The notes beneath the pieces are model-generated. The model made no database searches and was not told the origin of the DNA. It saw only the letters and a program-made list of their open reading frames with translations. From the sequence record DRR378314_795: a DNA stretch of 33,343 nucleotides, one strand, 5' to 3'. Made by a program: the position numbers and the translations under genes. Position 1 is the stretch's first letter. Each line of letters begins with the position of its first letter. This document shows, one piece after another, positions 18,543 to 25,848 of this stretch.

Positions 18543-19733
18543 ATGACCCAACTGCCCAAGAAACATCTCTTCGACATTCCCGAGGGCATGATCTACCTCG
18601 ACGGCAATTCGCTCGGCCCACTTCCAAAAGGCGCGGCGGAACGTGCGACCAAGACCCTCACGCAGGAATGGGGCACCCAGCTGATCAAGGCTTGGAACAC
18701 CGCCGACTGGATGGCGCTGCCGCAGAAGGTGGGCGACCGGATCGCGGGCTTTATCGGCGCCGCACCGGGCAGCGTGGCCACCGGCGACACGCTGTCGATC
18801 AAGGTCTATCAGGCGCTGGCGGCGGCGCTGAAAATGCGCCCCGACCGTCGGGTGATCCTGTCCGACACCGGCAATTTTCCCTCCGACCTCTATATGGCGC
18901 AGGGGCTGATCTCCACCATCGGTAAGGACTACGAGCTGCGCACCGTTGCCCCCGAGGATGTCGCCGAGGCGATCACCGAGGATGTGGCCGTGGTGATGCT
19001 CACGGAGGTCGACTACCGCACCGGGCGCCGCCACGACATGACCGAGTTGACCGCACGCGCCCATCAGGCCGGGGCGGTGATGATCTGGGATCTGGCCCAT
19101 AGTGCCGGTGCGCTGCCAGTGGACCTGACCGGCTGTAACGCAGAATTTGCGGTGGGCTGCACCTATAAATACTTCAACGGCGGTCCCGGTGCGCCGGCCT
19201 TTATCTATGCGCGTCCCGATATCCTGCTGGAGGTGGAACCGGCGTTGTCGGGCTGGCTCGGCCATGACGCGCCCTTCGCGATGGAGCCCGGCTACCGCCC
19301 CGCCATGACCACCGAACGGCTGCGCGTGGGCACCCCGCCGATCGTGCAGCTGTCGATCCTCGACGCGGCGCTTGATGTCTGGGACGGTGTGTCGATGGAA
19401 GAAATCCGCGGGGCCTCCGTCGCGCTCTGCGAGAGTTTCATCACCGAGGTCGAGGCGCGTTGCCCGCAGCTGACCCTGGCCTCGCCGCGCGATGCGGCAG
19501 TGCGTGGTTCGCAGGTGTCCTTCGTCTTTGAAGAGGGGTATCCCGTCATGCAGGCTCTGATCGAGCGCGGCGTGATCGGTGATTTCCGCGCGCCCAACAT
19601 CCTGCGCTTTGGCTTCACGCCGCTCTATATTGATCAGGATGACGTAATCGCCGCCGCAAAGGTACTTGAGGACGTCATGACCAGTGAAAGCTGGAAGGAT
19701 CCGAAATATCAGGTACGCTCTCGCGTGACCTGA
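18543..19733 (+). CDS. kynU: Kynureninase
   Basis: IYLDGNSLG, NFPSDLY, WDLAHSAGA, GCTYKYFNGGPG (PLP lysine), RGSQVS, LRFGFTPLY. Confidence 0.96.
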   Translation: MTQLPKKHLFDIPEGMIYLDGNSLGPLPKGAAERATKTLTQEWGTQLIKAWNTADWMALPQKVGDRIAGFIGAAPGSVATGDTLSIKVYQALAAALKMRPDRRVILSDTGNFPSDLYMAQGLISTIGKDYELRTVAPEDVAEAITEDVAVVMLTEVDYRTGRRHDMTELTARAHQAGAVMIWDLAHSAGALPVDLTGCNAEFAVGCTYKYFNGGPGAPAFIYARPDILLEVEPALSGWLGHDAPFAMEPGYRPAMTTERLRVGTPPIVQLSILDAALDVWDGVSMEEIRGASVALCESFITEVEARCPQLTLASPRDAAVRGSQVSFVFEEGYPVMQALIERGVIGDFRAPNILRFGFTPLYIDQDDVIAAAKVLEDVMTSESWKDPKYQVRSRVT

Positions 19734-19760
19734 TCCCGCGTCAGATTACGGCCGGACAGG

Positions 19761-19797
19761 ATCGCCCTCTGCGCATGCAGGGGGCGGTTTTCATTTT
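19761..19797 (+). terminator. Intrinsic terminator of kynAU
   Basis: atcgccctctgc-gcat-gcagggggcggt followed by ttttcatttt. Confidence 0.8.
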
Positions 19798-19890
19798 GGC
19801 GCCCTCGCGGCCCATGAAAGCGCGGGCACAAGTTCTGCCGGCTGCCCCCATATGTCTGTCGCGCAAGAGCCGGGATTCTATCGTACCTGT

Positions 19891-19927
19891 TTGACAAGAG
19901 CTTCGGAATAATGACATCATGACGTCA
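19891..19927 (+). promoter_or_regulatory. Putative sigma70 promoter with overlapping repeat operator for the RHH-CHAD-ParA-CYTH operon
   Basis: Consensus -35 TTGACA (19891-19896); possible -10 CATCAT (19915-19920, 18-nt spacer) embedded in tandem ATGACATC-ATGACGTC (19911-19926). Confidence 0.55.
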
Positions 19928-19945
19928 CATTAAAGGTTCGCTACT

Positions 19946-20125
19946 ATGCCCAAAGATAAAGCCGATATCAGCAAATCCGCGCGCAAGAACACCTCGCTGC
20001 GTCTGGATGGCAAAACGCTGAAAGCCCTGAAATTGCGGGCCATCGAAGAAGATACCAGCATTCAGCGCCTCATCGAGCGGCTCATTGATGACTACCTGAA
20101 GACAACAAAGAAAAAAGGCAAATGA
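19946..20125 (+). CDS. 59-aa ribbon-helix-helix DNA-binding protein (CopG/ParG/Omega-like); absent from the ORF track
   Basis: Hand translation: MPKDKADISKSARKNTSLRLDGKTLKALKLRAIEEDTSIQRLIERLIDDYLKTTKKKGK. Alternating strand NTSLRL, helix, turn, helix SIQRLIERLIDDYL. Its TGA overlaps the next ATG (ATGA 20122-20125). Confidence 0.85.
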   Translation: MPKDKADISKSARKNTSLRLDGKTLKALKLRAIEEDTSIQRLIERLIDDYLKTTKKKGK

Positions 20126-21648
20126 CAGCAGAAGTGTCCCATAGTTTCCTGCTCGACGGCGCTGTCGAGTGGCCCGAAATTGCAACTGCGCTGGGCGATC
20201 TGCGGCTGGAATTCAACACGGAGGACACGTCACTGTCCTTCCGCATGCTGGATTGTCACGATCAACTGCTGCGAAAGTCCGGCCGCGTTTTGCTGGAGTT
20301 CGACGATCGCCTCACGATGTTGGCTGCCGGCACGCCACCACAGCGTCAGGCCACCGCCGAGGCGGCAAGGTTCCCCGCCGGTCTGCCCGAGGGGCCGGTC
20401 AAGCGCCTGACAGAGAAGACATTCCCACTGCGCTGCTTCCTGGCGATGACCAGCGGCATGCTCCACCGAAACAGCCTGCGGGTGGTGGATGACGAGGCCA
20501 AGACCCATCTGCGTGGCGAGATCCTGACCTTCGGCAGTGACGCGGGCCACGTCACGCTGGTGACCTTGTCGCCCCTGCGCGGCTATACCCGTGCGCCGGA
20601 CCGGCTGGGTGCTGCGCTTTTGGCTAATGGCGCCGGGCCGCTGGAGGCCGAACACATCTTCACCACATTGGCGCCGAATGTGACGCGCTATGTGGCCAAG
20701 CCCAAGATGAGGTTCAGCGGCCATGAGACCGCCTTTGACGTGGCGGTGGAAACGATCCGCAATTACATCGCCGTGGCCCGCGCCAATGAGGCCGGCGTGA
20801 TCGGCGACCTCGACACCGAGTTTCTGCATGACTACCGGGTGGCCCTGCGCAAGGTGCGTTCGGTGCTAAGCCTGTTCAAAGGCGTCTTTGGCTCTGTGCA
20901 GACGGCAGAGCTGAAGGCGGCATTTTCCGACCTGATGGCGCCGACGGGGCGGGTGCGTGACCTCGATGTCTATCTGATGGACCGCGCCGCCTATGATGCG
21001 CTGGTGCCCGAGCAACTGCGCCCGGGCCTGTCGGTGATGTTCGACGCCTTTGCCGCGGAACGGGACGGGGCGCAGGCAAAGCTCGTCAAGCACCTGAAAA
21101 GCAAGGGCTATCAGAAAAAGATCTCGGCACTGGAAGAACAGTTCGCCCATCCCGATGGTTTTGTGCGTGGTGAGGCGGGCGGCCTCAGCGCGGAGGTTTA
21201 CGCACGCAAGTTGGTGTGGAAGAGTTATCGCAAGATCTGCAAGATCGCCGCCCATATTGGTGACGACACCGTGGATGAGGACGTTCACGAATTGCGCATC
21301 GCCTGCAAGAAATTCCGCTACCTGCTGGAGTTCTTCGCGCCGCTGTTCCCGGGCAAGAGTGCCAAGCGCCTGATCACGCGGATGAAGGCGCTGCAGGATA
21401 CCCTCGGGGTCTTCAATGATTGTTCTGTGCAGAAGGACTCTCTGGCCGCATTCATGTCCACGCACCCTGCCGTCACCGGTGCCAAGGGGCTGGAGGCGGC
21501 GCAAAGCATCGGCGCGCTGATCGCCATTCTCGACCAGCGCCAGCGGGCGGAGCGGGCGCGTGTGATGGAGAATTTCGACCATTTCAACAGCGCCGAGACC
21601 CGCGCCGAGATCAAGGCGCTGTGCCAGCGCAAGGGGGCCGCGGCATGA
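20122..21648 (+). CDS. CHAD domain protein (polyphosphate-binding family) with N-terminal degenerate CYTH-like region
   Basis: CHAD motifs EFLHDYRVALRKVRSVL, GRVRDLDV, VHELRIACKKFRYLLEFF, LQDTLGVFND. Confidence 0.88.
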   Translation: MTAEVSHSFLLDGAVEWPEIATALGDLRLEFNTEDTSLSFRMLDCHDQLLRKSGRVLLEFDDRLTMLAAGTPPQRQATAEAARFPAGLPEGPVKRLTEKTFPLRCFLAMTSGMLHRNSLRVVDDEAKTHLRGEILTFGSDAGHVTLVTLSPLRGYTRAPDRLGAALLANGAGPLEAEHIFTTLAPNVTRYVAKPKMRFSGHETAFDVAVETIRNYIAVARANEAGVIGDLDTEFLHDYRVALRKVRSVLSLFKGVFGSVQTAELKAAFSDLMAPTGRVRDLDVYLMDRAAYDALVPEQLRPGLSVMFDAFAAERDGAQAKLVKHLKSKGYQKKISALEEQFAHPDGFVRGEAGGLSAEVYARKLVWKSYRKICKIAAHIGDDTVDEDVHELRIACKKFRYLLEFFAPLFPGKSAKRLITRMKALQDTLGVFNDCSVQKDSLAAFMSTHPAVTGAKGLEAAQSIGALIAILDQRQRAERARVMENFDHFNSAETRAEIKALCQRKGAAA

Positions 21649-22427
21649 AGATCATCGCCTGCTACAGCAACAAGGGCGGCGTGGGCAAGACCGCCTTGGC
21701 GGTGAACCTCGCCTATGCCTATGCGCAATCCGGCGCGCGCACCCTGCTCTGCGATCTCGACCCGCAGGGGGCGTCGAGCTTCTACTTCCGGGTGAAACCG
21801 TCGAAAAAACTGAAGGACGCACAGTTTTTTGAGGACGTGGACCGCTTCACCCGTGCGATCCGGGGCAGCGACTACGAGAACCTCGACATCCTGCCCGCCA
21901 ATCTGACCTTCCGCGACTTTGACGTGTTCCTGTCGCGGATGAAGAACAGCCGGTCGCGCCTGAAAAAGGCGCTGAAAGCGGTGGATGGCGATTATGACGT
22001 GATCATTCTGGATTGCCCACCCAACATCTCCTCGCTGTCGGAGGCGGTGTTCAAGGCCGCCGACAGGGTGGTGGTGCCGGTGATCCCGACCACCCTCTCC
22101 GAACGCAGCTTCGAACAGCTGATTGCGTTCTTCAGGGAGAGCGGGCTGAAGACTGCAAAGCTGCTGGCCTTCTTCTCCATGGTGCAGGGGCGCAAGACCC
22201 TGCATGGCGAGACGATGGCGCGGCTGCGTGACAGCTATGGCAAGCTGTTCCTGACCACGGAGGTGCCGTTTTCCACCGATGTGGAGAAGATGGGCGTGCA
22301 TCGTGAGCCGGCGCTGTGCTTTGCAAAGACGCGCCCGGCGGGCAGGGCCTATCTGGCGCTGTTCGACGAGGTGAACGCTCATGTGTCGGGTAGGAATACA
22401 GCCGTGAGAACAAAGGGATCGCCATGA
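21645..22427 (+). CDS. ParA/Soj-family ATPase (no N-terminal HTH; no ParB in window)
   Basis: Deviant Walker A KGGVGKT, DLDPQG, Walker B IILDCPP; 260 aa from ATG 21645; ATGA overlaps at both ends. Confidence 0.92.
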   Translation: MKIIACYSNKGGVGKTALAVNLAYAYAQSGARTLLCDLDPQGASSFYFRVKPSKKLKDAQFFEDVDRFTRAIRGSDYENLDILPANLTFRDFDVFLSRMKNSRSRLKKALKAVDGDYDVIILDCPPNISSLSEAVFKAADRVVVPVIPTTLSERSFEQLIAFFRESGLKTAKLLAFFSMVQGRKTLHGETMARLRDSYGKLFLTTEVPFSTDVEKMGVHREPALCFAKTRPAGRAYLALFDEVNAHVSGRNTAVRTKGSP

Positions 22428-22897
22428 AAGAGATCGAACGGAAGTACCTGGTGGCGGAGCGCCCCGATCTGACCGCAGCCACGGCGACGCCGGTCAAGCA
22501 AGGCTATCTGACAGCGTTGGAGGACAGCACCGAACTGCGCCTGCGCCAGAAGGGGGAACGGTTCTTCCTCACCCAGAAGGGCGGCGCAGGCCGGGTGCGC
22601 GAGGAACGCGAGGCGGAGATCACCCTAGTCGTCTACGAGACCTTCTGGCCCGGCACCGAGGGGCGGCGGCTGGAAAAGACCCGCTGGACTGGCGTGTTGG
22701 CGGATGGCTCGGGGTATGAGCTCGACATTTTCGAGGGCACACTGGCACCATTGCAGATGGTTGAGGTGGAGTTCGCCGATGAGGCTGCGGCGGAGGCCTT
22801 CGTGCCGCCCGAATGGTTCGGGCGCGAGGTGACAGAGGACAAGCGGTTCGGCAACAAGTCCCTCGCGGTGCATGGCCTGCCGGAGGGCGCTGTCTGA
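22424..22897 (+). CDS. CYTH domain protein (triphosphate tunnel metalloenzyme)
   Basis: N-terminal EIERKYLV (ExExK), LRLRQ, EKTR, ELDIF, VEVEF, WFGREVT, NKSLA; 157 aa. Confidence 0.92.
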   Translation: MKEIERKYLVAERPDLTAATATPVKQGYLTALEDSTELRLRQKGERFFLTQKGGAGRVREEREAEITLVVYETFWPGTEGRRLEKTRWTGVLADGSGYELDIFEGTLAPLQMVEVEFADEAAAEAFVPPEWFGREVTEDKRFGNKSLAVHGLPEGAV

Positions 22898-22961
22898 GCC
22901 ACGACTGAGCCCGGGGTGTCGCGCCGAAAAAAGCAGACCGGTGGAGGTCGAGCAGGGGGAG

Positions 22962-23119
22962 CTCCCGCCCCCGCGCAGTCCATTGCTGACGCAAGACCCC
23001 GCTTGGGGTTGGGCCGGGCAGCCTGTCCTGCGGACAGGCTGCGGCGCCGGACCGTCAGGTCCGGCGCCATGCCCAACGGGAGCGGTTGTGCCTCTGGCAC
23101 GGCCAGCGACGGGCGGGAG
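22962..23119. repeat. Multi-hairpin palindromic intergenic element (REP/MITE-like)
   Basis: Terminal IR ctcccgccc/gggcgggag; inner stem gttgggc/gcccaac enclosing two perfect 11-bp hairpins (23018-23042, 23043-23068); small hairpins at 22983-22994 and 23088-23100. Confidence 0.7.
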
Positions 23120-23175
23120 GCCCGCCGCCGATGAAGAAACGTGTGTCGGCTAGGCCGAGCGGTCAGGTCAGGTGA

Positions 23176-23940
23176 CTAGGTCAGACGCTGCAACAGGTAG
23201 ATATCCATGATCCAGCCGTGATCGGCCCGGGCGCTGGTGCGTGTGGCGAGGATCTCCGCCTGCACCTCGGACAGGCGCCCGGCGATGTTGATCTCATTCT
23301 CCATGCCCGCATAGGCGGACCAATGGATCATCACCTCTTCGGGCGCTTCAAGGCTCTGGAATGAGCAATCCCCGTCCAGCATGATCACCAGCGTGTCGCA
23401 GCCCTCGGGCCAGCCGTGATCGCGCAGGCGTCGCCCGGTGGTGATCTGCACCGGCGCGCCAATGCCGTTCAGCGGCACGCCGTGGGCGGCCGTCAGCGCC
23501 TGGATCGAGGTGATGCCCGGTATCACCTGCATTTGCATCCCCACCCGCGCGCGCAGACGCTCGGCAATTCGCATGGTGCTGTCATAGAGCGACGGATCCC
23601 CCCAGACCAGAAACCCCACGCGTCCCCCCTTCGGCAGATGTGTCGCCATGGCCGCCTGCCAGACCTCGGCAATCGCGTCATGCCAGTCATCCACTCGCTG
23701 ACGATAGTCGGCAGTGGCTGGATCTCGCACCGGCAGGTCGAATTCGACGATCTTCGGCGGCTGTGCGGCCCCCGCCAGCACCTCGGCGCAGATCGCCTGG
23801 CGCAGCCCGGCAAGGTCATCCTTACCTGCACCCTTGTTGGGGATCAGGATCAGATCCTGCGCGCCGAGCGCTTCCACCGCCTGCAACGTCAGATGCTTGG
23901 GGTTGCCGGTGCCGATACCGATCAGGCTGAGGTGGAGCAT
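23176..23940 (-). CDS. cobF: Precorrin-6A synthase (deacetylating)
   Basis: LIGIGTGNPKHLTLQA, KDDLAGLR, VDDWH, LVWGDPSLYDST, GWIMDIYLL. Confidence 0.93.
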   Translation of the reverse strand: MLHLSLIGIGTGNPKHLTLQAVEALGAQDLILIPNKGAGKDDLAGLRQAICAEVLAGAAQPPKIVEFDLPVRDPATADYRQRVDDWHDAIAEVWQAAMATHLPKGGRVGFLVWGDPSLYDSTMRIAERLRARVGMQMQVIPGITSIQALTAAHGVPLNGIGAPVQITTGRRLRDHGWPEGCDTLVIMLDGDCSFQSLEAPEEVMIHWSAYAGMENEINIAGRLSEVQAEILATRTSARADHGWIMDIYLLQRLT

Positions 23941-24038
23941 GGGGCGAAATCTCTCAAGAATAAATGGGCGGTCAGATCTGCCCCGGTCTTGGTGCCGTGT
24001 CCGGGGCAGGTCAAGGGCATGGTCTCAGGAGCGCATCA

Positions 24039-24536
24039 TCAGCGCGTGTCCACGGTCACCGCAGCTTCGACCGGGCTGCCGTCAACCGCGATAACCCCGT
24101 GGCTGTTGGAGTTCAACGAGACCTTCACTTCCACCTCACCCTCGGGCAGCGCGCCGATGTGCATCCAGCGGCCATAGAGCCGCCCGATCTTTTCGCCGTT
24201 GACATAGACATGGGCGTGGCCTTCGCCTGCCACATCAGCGCCGGAGGCGTTTTCGGGCGCAAAGCGGAAGTTCTGCGGCATCGCGTGCAGGTTCCAGCCC
24301 GACATCGGATCGGGGGTCAGTGCAATCTCCAGCGCCGGGGCCTCCGGGCCAGCGGCCATATCGACCATGGCGGAGTGATCATGTGCTGCCATCTCGGCCT
24401 GACCGCCGCCTCCGTGATGGGCGGGGTCGCCGTGGTCGTGGCCCTCAAAGGTCACGCCATTTCCGGCGGCGGTGACAAAGCCGACGCCGCCCCCAAAGAC
24501 AAGACCGATGGCAAACAGGGCGAGCGAACGAGACAT
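24039..24536 (-). CDS. His/Met-rich exported or membrane-anchored hypothetical protein, putative metal-binding
   Basis: N-terminal hydrophobic segment, HDHGDPAHH and HDHSAM, then GEGHAHVYVNG; directly downstream of cbtA. Confidence 0.75.
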   Translation of the reverse strand: MSRSLALFAIGLVFGGGVGFVTAAGNGVTFEGHDHGDPAHHGGGGQAEMAAHDHSAMVDMAAGPEAPALEIALTPDPMSGWNLHAMPQNFRFAPENASGADVAGEGHAHVYVNGEKIGRLYGRWMHIGALPEGEVEVKVSLNSNSHGVIAVDGSPVEAAVTVDTR

Positions 24537-24558
24537 GGGGTCTTCCTTCAATATGGAA

Positions 24559-24591
24559 ATCCCCGCCGGGCGCGATGTGCCCGGCGGGGAT
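24559..24591 (-). terminator. Strong hairpin after cbtA (terminator or stabiliser)
   Basis: atccccgccgggcgc-gat-gtgcccggcggggat, near-perfect 15-bp stem; only a weak U tract. Confidence 0.55.
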
Positions 24592-24607
24592 CATCAGGCA
24601 TTCTGGG

Positions 24608-25306
24608 TCACGCTGCAGCTGCGTCGCGGGCGGACTCGGTCTGCCAGAAATAGGCGGCAAAGGCGCCCAGCAGCACCCAGGCGGCCATGCCGATGCCAAA
24701 GGCCCGCGCGGCAAACAGCGCCCCGATCTCGGTCGGCACCGGGCCGGTGAACGTATCGGGCTCCGGCGCGCCAATCACATGCGGGGCGATCAGCAACAGC
24801 GTCGCCACCACGTAGGAGACCAGATTGCCGCCAAAGGCGATCAGCCACATGGCAATGCCAGCGGTGGAGACGGTGGCCACCCACCAGATCTGACGCGCGC
24901 CGACATCGGCGGCGGCGACGCCGGGCACTTCCGGGGCCAGGGTGAAGCCGGGCGCGAAGTGAAAGGCGACAAAGCCCGCAATCCCCCAGATGATGCCGTG
25001 GCGTGCGGTGACCACATGGCCCTGACGCTCCGCCTGCGACATCAGCGCCACCAGAACCAGCGCGTAGCCGGTGTAGGTCAGCATGGTGAAGAGGACGCTC
25101 AGCAGGTTGCGCATCGGCTCGTCGAACAGGCCCGGCAGCTCGGGATGGGCACTGACGGGATCACCGCCGAAATGCACCAGCGCGCCGGTTTCATAAAGTT
25201 CGGCATGCAACAGCACCGGCTGCACGAAGAAAAGCTGCAGCAGGGCGACGATCAGCCCCGCTGCAGCGCCAGCGAACAACGCGCTGGTCAGAATACGTGT
25301 GAGCAT
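24608..25306 (-). CDS. cbtA: Cobalt transporter subunit CbtA
   Basis: ALFAGAAAGL, VQPVLLHAELYE, APEVPG, ARQIWW, PHVIGAP; follows cbtB and a B12 riboswitch. Confidence 0.9.
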   Translation of the reverse strand: MLTRILTSALFAGAAAGLIVALLQLFFVQPVLLHAELYETGALVHFGGDPVSAHPELPGLFDEPMRNLLSVLFTMLTYTGYALVLVALMSQAERQGHVVTARHGIIWGIAGFVAFHFAPGFTLAPEVPGVAAADVGARQIWWVATVSTAGIAMWLIAFGGNLVSYVVATLLLIAPHVIGAPEPDTFTGPVPTEIGALFAARAFGIGMAAWVLLGAFAAYFWQTESARDAAAA

Positions 25307-25310
25307 GGTC

Positions 25311-25481
25311 TTAGTGGCAGGGGAAGCCGGTGGCGTGGCGCACGTCATGCGCCGCATCATGCAGGGTCGAGGCCTGCACATGGCCGGTGACGGTGATGAT
25401 GCCGAGACCCAGAACCACGGCAAAAAGCGCCGGGATGATGCTGGAGACGGATGTGGTCGAGGTAAGCGTCTTGGTCGTCAT
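25311..25481 (-). CDS. cbtB: Cobalt transporter subunit CbtB
   Basis: 56 aa, one TM helix, C-terminal LHDAAHDVRHATGFPCH; GGAGG upstream. Confidence 0.93.
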   Translation of the reverse strand: MTTKTLTSTTSVSSIIPALFAVVLGLGIITVTGHVQASTLHDAAHDVRHATGFPCH

Positions 25482-25533
25482 GTTTGTGTCCTCCGTGCCG
25501 TCACACCCGACGGCAGACATAAAGTTCTCGTTC

Positions 25534-25722
25534 CATACGGCCGGTCTCCTGACTCGCGGGTCACGGCGATCATCCTCCTTCCCGGCACGCAGGCCAGTGG
25601 GTTCAGAATGTCGCTCGCCGCTCACAGTCGCGGGGGCGGTTGGGGCTTCGGCGCCGCGATTGGGTCCGCCGTTCCTCATTCCCGTTTCAGTCCCGATGCT
25701 TTGCATCATCAGACACCGTATG
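25534..25722 (-). promoter_or_regulatory. Cobalamin riboswitch
   Basis: Minus strand reads atacggtg...aaacgggaa...cgcccccgcgactgtgagcg...ccactg...gggaagg...gcgagtcaggagaccggccgtat (B12 box; P1 atacgg/ccgtat). Downstream hairpin tgccgtc/gacggca (25496-25515) abuts the cbtB RBS, suggesting translational control. Confidence 0.95.
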
Positions 25723-25727
25723 CATCT

Positions 25728-25757
25728 GTTGTGCCTTGCGCGCTTTGCTCCGGTCAA
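25728..25757 (-). promoter_or_regulatory. Putative promoter for the riboswitch-cbtBA transcript
   Basis: TTGACC at 25757-25752, about 35 nt upstream of riboswitch P1; -10 is non-consensus. Confidence 0.35.
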
Positions 25758-25848
25758 GCGTGAATACGCCACCGGAGGCCCTGTTAGCGGCAGTTTTGCC
25801 CGGTGTTGCGGCTGTTGTCGCAGGAGGAGGCAGCCTGAGGTTGTGCGG

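Noticed and set aside
19925-20185. 86-aa minus-strand ORF in the track
   Set aside because: Antisense shadow of the plus-strand RHH gene, which has a recognisable fold, an upstream promoter and coupling to the CHAD gene.
21645-22427. ParA as chromosomal parAB or a repABC replicon locus
   Set aside because: No ParB, RepB/RepC, parS palindrome or origin-linked genes in the window; no RepA-type N-terminal HTH.
22424-22897. CYTH protein as class IV adenylate cyclase
   Set aside because: Cyclase activity is the exception in this family; short length and CHAD context favour a triphosphatase. Not excluded without an assay.
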